Positions 55,768 through 64,000 of a DNA stretch of 64,000 bases are shown here, piece by piece. Position 1 is the stretch's first letter. Each line of letters opens with the position of its first letter. The notes under the pieces were generated by a model. The model was not told the DNA's origin. It ran no database searches and saw only the letters and a program-made list of their open reading frames with translations. The DNA comes from Patescibacteria group bacterium (GTDB lineage: Bacteria > Patescibacteriota > Patescibacteriia > JAXHNJ01), in NCBI GenBank assembly GCA_034520665.1, contig JAXHNJ010000002.1, positions 608,660-672,659 of the forward strand, given 5' to 3'. Made by a program: the position numbers and the translations under genes.

Positions 55768-57777
55768 ATGGCTGATATAAATCTATCAAAATTTAAATCA
55801 GAAAAAGAAAAAGAGGTAGCTTCGGAAGAGAGTAAAAAGAAAAATTTGAAACCGGAAGAAGAAAAAGATCTGATTGAAGCCGAAAGAATTTATCAAAAAG
55901 GCGCTGTTTCAGTTAGAGACTTAATAGCTCCGGCGGCTGTTAATATTGAAAAAGATTATATAAATTTAGGTAGTCAATTTGTGCGTACAATATTTGTGGT
56001 TACTTATCCGCGCTATATTTCAGTGGGCTGGTTTGCTCCAGTAATAAACTTAAACTTGACCTTGGATGTTAGTATGTTCTTTTATCCGGTTGAATCAAAA
56101 GTAATTTTAAAACAACTTAAAAATAGAGTCGGTGTTTTAGAAGCTCAGATAATGTCAGATGCGGAAAAAGGAGCCCCCCGTGATCCGGTGAGAGAAACGG
56201 CTTTGAAAGACATTGAAAAATTAAGAGATGGTTTAACTCAAGGGGTAGAAAGATTTTTTCAATTTGCTCTTTATGTCAGTGTTTATGCTGATAGTAAAAA
56301 AGAACTGAATAATATAACAGAAAAAATAGAATCAATTTTTGGCTCGGTTTTGGTTTATACTAAGAGAGTGCTTTTTCAGGCTGAGCAAGGCTTCAATTCC
56401 ACAGTGCCTTTGGGTTTGGATGAACTGCAAATAGCTTTTAATATGAATTCCAGTCCTTGTGCTTCTTCTTTCCCTTTTGTTTCAGCCGATTTAACTTCAG
56501 AAAATGGTATTCTTTACGGCATTAATCGTCATAATAACAGTCTTATTCTTTATGATCGTTTCTCTCTGGAGAATGCTAACTTTAATGTTTTTGCTACCTC
56601 AGGTTCTGGTAAGAGTTATGCTATTAAACTGGAAGTTCTACGCTCACTTATGTTGGGCGCTGATGTTATTATTATTGATCCGGAAATGGAGTATAAATAT
56701 ATTTCAGATGCGGTTGGCGGTACTTATATTAATATTTCCTTAAATTCTGAAAGTAAGATTAACCCCTTTGATTTACCCAAATCAGTATACAGTGGTGAGA
56801 AACCGGCTGATATTATTCGTTCAGCCGTTATTACCTTAAAATCTCTTTTACGTTTAATGCTGGGAGATTTAACTCATGAAGAAGATTCCATTATTGATCG
56901 GGCTTTATTAGAAACTTATTCTACTCATGATATTACAGCTGATTCTGATTTAGAAAAAGTTAAACCTCCTTTAATGAAGGATTTACAAAATGTTCTTGAG
57001 GGTATGGTCGGAGCTGAAGAATTAGTCCAAAGAGTAAAAAAATATACTGAAGGAACATTTTCCGGTCTTTTTAACAGCCCGACAAATGTAGAAGTTGAAA
57101 ATCAATTGGTCATATTTTCGGTCCGTGATTTAGAGGATGAATTAAGACCGATTGGTATCTCTATGATTATTTCTTATGTTTGGAATGTGGTTCGTTCGCA
57201 AATGAAAAAACGTATTTTAGTTATTGATGAAGCTTGGTGGCTTATGCAAAATGAAGACTCCGCCAAATTTATTTACGCTTTAGTAAAACGCTGCCGCAAA
57301 TATTATCTTGGTGTGACTACTATTACCCAGGATGTTAATGACTTTTTACGCTCACCCTATGGGCAGGCTATTGTTAATAATTCGGCTCTTAAACTTTTGA
57401 TGAAACAATCTCCGTCTAGTATTGATATTGTGGCTAAAACTTTTCTTTTAACTCAAGGGGAAAGATACTTGCTTTTAGAGTCGGGCGTGGGAGAAGGTAT
57501 CTTTTTTGCCGGTACCCGGCACGCAGCTATAAAAATCGTCGCTTCCTATGCTGAGGATCAAATTATAACTTCTGACCCCAAGCAACTTTTAGAAATTGAA
57601 GAAGCCAAAAAAGAATTTAAAGATCAGATGGTAGAAGACGACGAAGAACAACAAGAAGAGGGGATAAAAGGAGAAGAGGCAGAAAGCCCGGTTAATAAAA
57701 TTGGCGAAAAACCTGAAGCTAAGGAGGAAAGTATCAGAGGTATAAATATTAGTAAAGACAGCCAAGGTTTAGGTTAA
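55768..57777 (+). CDS. VirB4/TrbE-like conjugal-transfer ATPase, C-terminal ATPase domain (split VirB4, part 2)
   Basis: Walker A FATSGSGKSY, IIIDPEMEY, Walker B RILVIDEAWWLM, C-terminal TTITQDVNDF...ALKLLMKQSP...GEGIFFAG motifs. Confidence 0.85.
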   Translation: MADINLSKFKSEKEKEVASEESKKKNLKPEEEKDLIEAERIYQKGAVSVRDLIAPAAVNIEKDYINLGSQFVRTIFVVTYPRYISVGWFAPVINLNLTLDVSMFFYPVESKVILKQLKNRVGVLEAQIMSDAEKGAPRDPVRETALKDIEKLRDGLTQGVERFFQFALYVSVYADSKKELNNITEKIESIFGSVLVYTKRVLFQAEQGFNSTVPLGLDELQIAFNMNSSPCASSFPFVSADLTSENGILYGINRHNNSLILYDRFSLENANFNVFATSGSGKSYAIKLEVLRSLMLGADVIIIDPEMEYKYISDAVGGTYINISLNSESKINPFDLPKSVYSGEKPADIIRSAVITLKSLLRLMLGDLTHEEDSIIDRALLETYSTHDITADSDLEKVKPPLMKDLQNVLEGMVGAEELVQRVKKYTEGTFSGLFNSPTNVEVENQLVIFSVRDLEDELRPIGISMIISYVWNVVRSQMKKRILVIDEAWWLMQNEDSAKFIYALVKRCRKYYLGVTTITQDVNDFLRSPYGQAIVNNSALKLLMKQSPSSIDIVAKTFLLTQGERYLLLESGVGEGIFFAGTRHAAIKIVASYAEDQIITSDPKQLLEIEEAKKEFKDQMVEDDEEQQEEGIKGEEAESPVNKIGEKPEAKEESIRGINISKDSQGLG

Positions 57778-57792
57778 TTAAAATATAAATAT

Positions 57793-58404
57793 ATGAAAAA
57801 ATTATCTATTATCATTATGGTAGCCGTTATAATTATTTTAGGAGGTCTGGCCTTTGTATTTTTTTATTGGTATGAGGGTAATGGCAATGTGAATGACGAC
57901 AATCTTAATCAAGCAAATACTAATTTTGCTTTAAATTTAAATCAGAATCAAAATCTAAATCTTTCGGTTAATACAAATGCGAATAATAATACTAATTCGG
58001 CTATTGATAAAAGTAAAGAAAAAAATGAAATAATAGGAATGGCCCATACTTTTGCTGAACGTTTCGGCAGTTATTCAAACAAAAATGATTTTGAAAATTT
58101 AGAAAACCTTAAATCATGGATGACTTCTAGCTACCAAAAAGATATAGATAGCTATATTGAAGAACAAGAGAAAATTAGATCTGAAGACGATGATTATAAA
58201 GCTATGGTGAGTAAAGTAATTTCTAATAAAATAACTAATTTTTCCGACGAAAGCGCTAGAGTAGAGTTATTAACTGAAAGAACTGAAGAAGATCTAACAG
58301 ATACTCTGGATAATTATTATCAGAAATTAGTTTTAGAGTTAAAAAAAATTGATAATACATGGAAAATTAATGCTGCTTCCTGGGGTGAAAAGAGTGATCT
58401 ATAA
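57793..58404 (+). CDS. bitopic membrane protein (possible VirB8-like)
   Basis: N-terminal TM, N/Q-rich linker, ~130-aa C-terminal domain; position after VirB4; no motif confirmed. Confidence 0.3.
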   Translation: MKKLSIIIMVAVIIILGGLAFVFFYWYEGNGNVNDDNLNQANTNFALNLNQNQNLNLSVNTNANNNTNSAIDKSKEKNEIIGMAHTFAERFGSYSNKNDFENLENLKSWMTSSYQKDIDSYIEEQEKIRSEDDDYKAMVSKVISNKITNFSDESARVELLTERTEEDLTDTLDNYYQKLVLELKKIDNTWKINAASWGEKSDL

Positions 58405-58414
58405 AATATAAGTT

Positions 58415-58708
58415 ATGAAAGAATTAGATGAAAAAAAAAAGAGTGAAAATAAAGATAGGGAAATTGAAAGAGAGTTAAAAGAAAAACGTTTTAATGAAAG
58501 AAACATTAATCAAGAAAATTTACGTGAAATTCCTGAAACCCAAGCGGATGATGGGGAAACTCCAGAAGAATATAGAAATTCATCCTCTGAAAAAGATGGA
58601 TTAGATTTTAATCAGGAAGATACAAAAAAGGAGGAAGAAGAAGATGAGGAAAGACAAAGAAGAAGAAAATTAGAAAAGAGTAAGAAAAATAGCCAAAGAG
58701 GAGGTTAG
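58415..58708 (+). CDS. hypothetical highly charged small protein
   Basis: 97 aa, E/K/R-rich. Confidence 0.3.
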   Translation: MKELDEKKKSENKDREIERELKEKRFNERNINQENLREIPETQADDGETPEEYRNSSSEKDGLDFNQEDTKKEEEEDEERQRRRKLEKSKKNSQRGG

Positions 58709-59029
58709 AGAAAAAGTCAAAAAGTAGTTAAAAAAGCAGCTAAAAGTTTTTAAAAATACTCATTCAAAAGAATAATGATACCAAATTCTGGGGCTATCGT
58801 CAGTTTTTTTCTGGCTACCTGGTATATTTGGCTTGATTTTGGCAGTAATTATTTTTCTGATTATTTTAGGACATTACATTTATGAAAATCCTAGCGAGAT
58901 TACAAATTTTTTGGATAAAGAAACTTTTGAGGGCTTAAAGGCAATTTTTAAGTCCTGATTATTAAATTATAATATGATAAATAAAAATATAAAAATATTA
59001 ACTAAATTAACTTTAGCTTTTAACAGTAT

Positions 59030-60300
59030 TATTTTTTTACTCTTTCCTTTTATAATACTTTAGCTCAAGAAGGAGGCGTCAGCGAACGAAATCCGGAGAA
59101 AAAGGAAATACCAGTAAGATTTGAAAATACCAAAAATCGACTAAAACCCTGTGATGAAAACGGGAAAATTTGCTGGTAGTTACTGTGCTCAATAACTTTG
59201 GCGAATTGCTGTGTCAGTTTTTCTGACGGGTTTGCTGGAGCAGTGTGTTTGCCGCTGTCATGATTGTCTTTGCTGGTTTGAAATCGATTACTGCAGCGGC
59301 AATGTCCACCAAAATAGAAAAAGCCAAAGCCACTTTAAACGGCGCTTTAATAGGTCTGGTTTTAACCTTAGGGGCTTTTGTTTTACTTGATCTAGCCCGG
59401 CCTTGGTCCGCTTTAAACTTTTGCCCTTGATCTAATATATCAAAAAATGTTTTAGATACTTTTTATTGCAGGGTCTACAAATCGAGATAGATAGATCACA
59501 CCACATTTTGCTTGCTGGTACAAGTTATGGTATTCCTAAAAGTGTCCAGGATGAAGTGGGTTATAATAAATATTATTGTTGTGGTAGTGTCTGTAGTGAC
59601 TGTTTGATGAGGAGGGTAACCCACGAATTTGCGCTAATGATGTAACTATGGTGGGTGAAGATTGTCCTTCTTTATTGTTCTGACCCACAAAAATCATGTG
59701 AGGAAGCTAATAAAGATGAGCGTCAGAAAATTGAACTCGACATATTGGAAAAAAATAAAATAACTGATTATAAATGTAGTAAGGATAGACCGGTATTTCC
59801 TCCGACTCCTGTGCTTATGTTGAAAATAGTAGAAAATCCTTGTGAAGGAAATTGGAAAAGAATAAATTGTAGTTTTAAAGGTAGAATATTCTGGAGAAGT
59901 AGAAACAGCTTGTTGGGATAGAGTGGAAGGATTATTGTACAACGATGAAAGAGTATAGATATCGATAATGGTGTTGCGTTTTATTGAAAGAAAATACATT
60001 TTTTGCCAAGAAGAGTTATGTATGGAGATGTTTGAAGAAAAGATATTATACAGATAGATTGCTATAATAGTTGTATAATACAATGGAGAAAGTTATACAG
60101 TATGTCAGGGACGACTATGGAAAATTGTAGTTCAATATTACGCACTAATTTATTGTGGAAAAAATTTAAAGATAAAAAGTAAATATTATTAATAGGAACC
60201 TAAGTTAAAAAGAAATTCACCACTTTATGTGGAGAAAATCCTTGTGGATCAAGTACATCTGCCAGTGCGCCAATGGATATTTGGCTGTATGGATGTTAAC
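59030..60300 (+). pseudogene. degraded copy (a) of the pilin-like/Cys-rich gene family (d-type paralog)
   Basis: Multiple frameshifts; fragments LAQEGG..., FGELL..., MFAAVMIVFAGLKSITAAAMSTKIEKAKATLNGALIGLVLTLGAFVLL (ORF 59245..59430), CEEANKDE...ILEKNKITDYKCSKDRP...IVENPCEGNWKRINCSFKG (ORF 59655..59921) and LCGENPCGSSTSASA align to the minus-strand copy at 62840-64000. Confidence 0.6.
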
Positions 60301-60339
60301 TTATATGTTAAAAAAATACAATTTTTCCTAATTTAAATA

Positions 60340-61470
60340 CAAGATGAAAAATAGCTAAATAATTTTTACCCATCAATTTTCCGTTTTGTTATTTATTCAG
60401 ATTTTTAGTCAGGAAGAAGGAGCTGATACAGAAGTGGTTAAAAGGATATTAGAGTCTACAAATTCCTGGTTAACCAAAAAAATGTATCCCATACTTCGAC
60501 CCGCTGATTATTGTGTCAATAACTTTGGCCATCACACTATAGAATTTCACCAGCTCGCAGCGGCGCACCCCCTTTGCCGGCACTGCCAGTGCACGCCACT
60601 CGAAAAGTGAGAAAAAGCCAAACTTGATTTTAAACGGCGCTTTAATGGGTTCGCTTTAGGGCTTTCGTTTTACTTACACTTACCCCAGCCTCTGGTCCAA
60701 CTTTTGCCCTTGTCTAATATATCAAAAAATGTTTTAGATAATTTCATTGCAAAAATAATTCCCGCATAACTCAATATAGTTACCCATATTTTGCTTGTGG
60801 GCAAGATACTATATTCCTAAAAGTGTCAATATAAAAAAGCAGTTATGGTAATTCATATTGTCGTAGTGAATGCGATTCCGACTGTAAGAAAATAACTTTG
60901 GGGAGAACGGCAAAAAATTGAAAAGGATTGTCCTTTTAAAATTGTTGAATCTTATATTTATGCGATGAAGCTGATGATGAAAAAATGCGAAGGATGCTGT
61001 TATCGGCTAAAAAATCAGGAAATAAAATCAAGCTGCCGTAGTAATTACAAGGGTTTTGGAAATAATGGACTGCCGAATTTTCAAAAACACGTGGTACGAG
61101 GATAACCTAATATTTGAAGTTACCTTTTACAAGATTGATGGAAAAGTTGTGAAAGAAGTTACTGATATAAGAATAGATTGTGAGTGGTGGTACCAAATGC
61201 TTGACTCTGATAATAATAAATCACAAGATAATTTATAATTCTGACAAAATTTTTGTACTATTTTTGTATAGCTCAATACTATTTGTCGTATGAAAAAAAA
61301 AAAAAACAGTAAATTGATTGTTGATCTGGAATGGTTATAGTAAAAAATGAATTTGAGACGCGCGACACCTATATAATCTGAATTTACCACACGAAATACC
61401 AGGTGGCGGCGAGGATTGTTGATTGATATGAATGTCTTTGCTTCAGTCATCATATCAACTATCTTCATTA
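60340..61470 (+). pseudogene. degraded copy (b) of the pilin-like/Cys-rich gene family (c-type paralog)
   Basis: Broken signal peptide; SQEEGADTEVVKRI...ADYCVNNFGHH... (ORF 60386..60610); degenerate IEKAKATLNGAL segment; ...CDEADDEK...; EVTDIRIDCE (ORF 61056..61238); in-frame stops and frameshifts throughout. Confidence 0.6.
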
Positions 61471-61655
61471 AAATTCTTTATATCGTCAAATTATTAGCTG
61501 TATTTAGATATAAAAAAATATTTCTCGAATAATTTGACGATATAATCAAGTAAAATTTTAATGAAGATAAGGTCCGAGCACAACAAATATGATCAGCTGG
61601 ACAAAAACATTCATTATTATCAATACAAGCAAGATCCTCGCCGCCACCTTGGTAT
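61393..61655. repeat. 24-bp inverted repeat gaaataccaggtggcggcgaggat (61393-61416) / atcctcgccgccaccttggtatttc (61631-61655) at the convergent 3' ends of paralogs b and c
   Basis: Near-perfect inverted match (one extra a in the right copy) visible directly; part of a longer stretch of inverted homology between the 3' ends of the plus- and minus-strand copies. Confidence 0.8.
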
Positions 61656-62743
61656 TTCATATCATTAAATTCCGGGCTATTATAGGTGTCACAGTCTACC
61701 TCAATTTCATTTTTACTATCACATTTCCCAGGATCCCGACAATCAATTTCTGTTTTTAAGGCTTTCATACAACAAATAGTGTCAGCTTCTACGTTAGCCC
61801 GGGAATCACTGCTACAAAAAATTTTGCTAGGAGCTATGAGATATCTTGGTTCATTATTATCAGAGTCCCAACATTGGGTACCGCCACGTTCACAATCTAT
61901 TCTTATATCAGTAACTTCTTCACAGACTTTTTCAGTCAACTCATCTTGTAAAAGATTAACTTCAAATATTCCATTACTACTAGTACCACGTATTTTTGCA
62001 AAACGGCAGTCCATATTCCCAAAACCCTTATTAATTCTACGGCAGCTTGATTTTATTTCTGGATTTTTAGCAATAACAGCATCCACTTCTTGGCATTTTT
62101 CATCATCAGCTTCATCGCATAAATCCTTGGGGTCAAAACAATTTAAAGGACAATCCTTTTTAGAAGTAACGTCATTGGCGCAAATTTTTGGTTCTCCGGA
62201 TTTAGTTTCTACAGTCGGATCACATTCACTACCACAACAATATGATTCACCATAAGCTGCTTTATCCTGGGCACTTTTAGGAATATCATATCTTGTACCA
62301 CAAGCAAAATATGGGTAACTATCTATTGATTCTTTATCCGGGAAATCTTTGCAATAAAAAGTATCTAAAACATTTTTTGATATATTAGACAAGGGCAAAA
62401 GTTTAAAGCGGACCAAGGCTGGGTTAATAGTATTAAGTAAAACAAAAGCCCCTAAGGTTAAAACCAGACCCATTAAAGCGCCGTTTAAAGTGGCTTTGGC
62501 TTTTTCTATTTTGGTGGCATTGCCGCTGGCAGTAATCCACTGGAAACCAGCAAAGACAATCATGACAGCGGCAAAGATACCGGCCGCTCGAGCAAACCAT
62601 TGGTAAAACTGTATAATATAATCGCCAAAGTTATTGACACAATAATCACAGGTAGAGGTATTACAATCGGGATCACATTTTTTGGTTAAGCCGGGAATTT
62701 GTAAATTTACTTTAATCTGTTTTTCACCCAACTTCTGTATCAC
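61478..62743 (-). CDS. VirB2/TrbC-pilin-like protein fused to a ~300-aa Cys-rich C-terminal domain (paralog c)
   Basis: ...DYCVNNFGDYIIQFYQW then two hydrophobic helices separated by TASGNATKIEKAKATLNG (TrbC/VirB2 topology), then about 40 Cys in CxC/CC clusters; start is GTG; the signal peptide lies upstream in another frame. Confidence 0.65.
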   Translation of the reverse strand: MIQKLGEKQIKVNLQIPGLTKKCDPDCNTSTCDYCVNNFGDYIIQFYQWFARAAGIFAAVMIVFAGFQWITASGNATKIEKAKATLNGALMGLVLTLGAFVLLNTINPALVRFKLLPLSNISKNVLDTFYCKDFPDKESIDSYPYFACGTRYDIPKSAQDKAAYGESYCCGSECDPTVETKSGEPKICANDVTSKKDCPLNCFDPKDLCDEADDEKCQEVDAVIAKNPEIKSSCRRINKGFGNMDCRFAKIRGTSSNGIFEVNLLQDELTEKVCEEVTDIRIDCERGGTQCWDSDNNEPRYLIAPSKIFCSSDSRANVEADTICCMKALKTEIDCRDPGKCDSKNEIEVDCDTYNSPEFNDMKYQGGGEDLACIDNNECFCPADHICCARTLSSLKFYLIISSNYSRNIFLYLNTANNLTI

Positions 62744-62835
62744 TTCCTTCTTCCTGAGCTAAAACTTGCCCTGAATAAAATAACAAAACGGAAAAAATTG
62801 ATAGGATTAAGATTATTTTAGCTATTTTTTTCATC
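62726..62835 (-). CDS. signal-peptide exon of paralog c (MKKIAKIILILSIFSVLLFYSGQVLAQEEGSDTEVG*), separated from the main ORF by a -1/+1 frameshift
   Basis: ATG at 62833-62835 (minus), typical signal peptide, stop after 36 codons overlapping the GTG start of 61478..62743; homolog 60386.. reads through (SQEEGADTEVVKRI). Confidence 0.55.
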
Positions 62836-62839
62836 TTAT

Positions 62840-64000
62840 TATTTAATTAGGAAAAATATTATTTTCATTTTTAACATATAAGTTAACATCCATACAGCAA
62901 TGTCCATTAGGCACAATACTGCAATCAGTAGCACTGGCAGATGCACTTGATCCACAAGGATTTTCTCCACATAAAGCCGATAATGAGTAAAATTCTTTTT
63001 AATTTTGGGTTCATATTAATAATATTTACTTATATTTTAATTTTTCCACAATAAATTAGTGCGCATCCAACAATTTGAACTACAATTTTCAGTAGTGTTG
63101 TCGTAATAGGTACCTGACATACTATTATAACTTTCTCCATTGTCTAAAATATCACTATCACAATCTATCTGTATAATATCTTTTTCTTCCCAAACATCTC
63201 CCATACTCGAGTAAGGTTTTTCTTCTTGGCAAAATATATTTTCTTTAGGAAATAGAGCGCAACACCATTTATCAATATCTCCTACTCTTTCATCATTTGT
63301 ACAATAATCCCTTGGCTCATCTTTATCCCAACAAGCTGTTTCTACTTCTCCAGAATATTCTCCTTTAAAACTACAATTTATTCTTTTCCAATTTCCTTCA
63401 CAAGGATTTTCTACTATTTCAACATAAGCACAGGAGTCAAAGGAAAGACCGGGTCTATCCTTACTACATTTATAATCAGTTATTTTATTTTTTTCCAATA
63501 TGTCGTCAATTTTATAACACTCATCTTTATTAGCTTCCTCACATAATTTTTGTGGGTCAAAACAATTTAAAGGACAATCTTCACCCACCATAGTTACATC
63601 ATTAGCACAAATTTGTGGGTTACCCTCCTCATCAACATCACTACAGACACTACCACAACAATAAGATTCACCATAACCCACTTCATCCTGGACACTTTTA
63701 GGAATATCATAACTTGTACCACAAGCAAAATGTGGTATTATCTATCGATCTCGATCCGGAAACCCTGCAATAAAAGTATCTAAAACATTTTTTTATATAT
63801 TAGACAAGGCAAAAGTTTAAAGCGGACCAAGGCCGGGTTAATAGTATTAAGTAAAACAAAAGCCCCTAAGGTTAAAACCAGACCGATTAAAGCGCCGTTT
63901 AAAGTGGCTTTGGCTTTTTCTATTTTGGTGGCATTGCCGCTGGCAGTAATCCACTGGAAACCAGCAAAGACAATCATGACAGCGGCAAAGATACCGGCCG
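62840..64000 (-). pseudogene. paralog d of the pilin-like/Cys-rich family, frameshifted, running off the window
   Basis: ORFs 63037..63681 (Cys-rich domain) and 63780..63977 (MIVFAGFQWITASGNATKIEKAKATLNGALIGLVLTLGAFVLLNTINPALVRFKLLP) are separated by indels relative to paralog c; C-terminal ALCGENPCGSSASASATDCS... in a third frame at 62880-63000. Confidence 0.6.

Noticed and set aside
59030-64000. Diversity-generating retroelement (template/variable repeat) explanation for the repeated pilin-Cys gene copies
   Set aside because: No reverse transcriptase is encoded in the window. Differences between copies include indels and substitutions at all base types rather than adenine-specific changes, and the copies are full-length paralogs rather than a short TR/VR pair.
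1-64000. Alternative genetic code (UGA recoding, as in some CPR lineages)
   Set aside because: Very long ORFs (up to 1953 codons) are obtained with the standard code and end at ordinary stops with sensible gene spacing; there is no sign of in-frame UGA-interrupted genes.

Overview
This is a visibly AT-rich window with small, tightly packed genes and several giant Cys-rich secreted proteins. It looks like a reduced-genome, CPR/Patescibacteria-like bacterium using the standard genetic code, judged from long uninterrupted ORFs ending in canonical stops. Three regions can be distinguished:

- **1..5600.** Minus-strand small surface and membrane proteins, then an RNA- and repeat-rich locus. The locus holds tRNA-His(GTG), tRNA-Arg(TCT), tRNA fragments, GC-rich palindromic repeats and a possible SRP-RNA-like element, and it abuts a 3'-truncated tyrosine recombinase.
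- **6500..34000.** Housekeeping genes interleaved with secreted proteins: rpsO, a NYN protein, pnp, cmk, a 1333-aa FG-GAP/beta-propeller surface protein, a DksA/TraR zinc finger, lspA, comM/yifB, a DAG-kinase-family lipid kinase, a LysM-M23 peptidase, leuS, a methyltransferase, a nitroreductase, MFS transporters, tsaC and rsmA. A NUDIX hydrolase domain with an intact Nudix box is inserted into leuS.
- **34860..64000.** The candidate novel system: a compact type-IV-secretion-like surface locus. It contains giant Cys-rich secreted proteins of 1953 and 1444 aa, a VirB6/TrbL-like polytopic protein with a long coiled-coil tail, a VirB3-like protein, and a VirB4 ATPase split into N- and C-terminal ORFs. 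At the window edge sits a multi-copy family of VirB2/TrbC-pilin-like proteins fused to large Cys-rich domains. That family is arranged as two more-intact minus-strand genes facing two degraded plus-strand pseudogene copies, which suggests a silent-cassette, gene-conversion-type variation system.

Other notable items:

- An IS200/RAYT-like transposase remnant joined in frame to nnr through REP/BIME-like palindromes.
- A 120-bp duplicated comM fragment.
- Two perfect consensus sigma70 promoters.
- PEPEPT tandem repeats.
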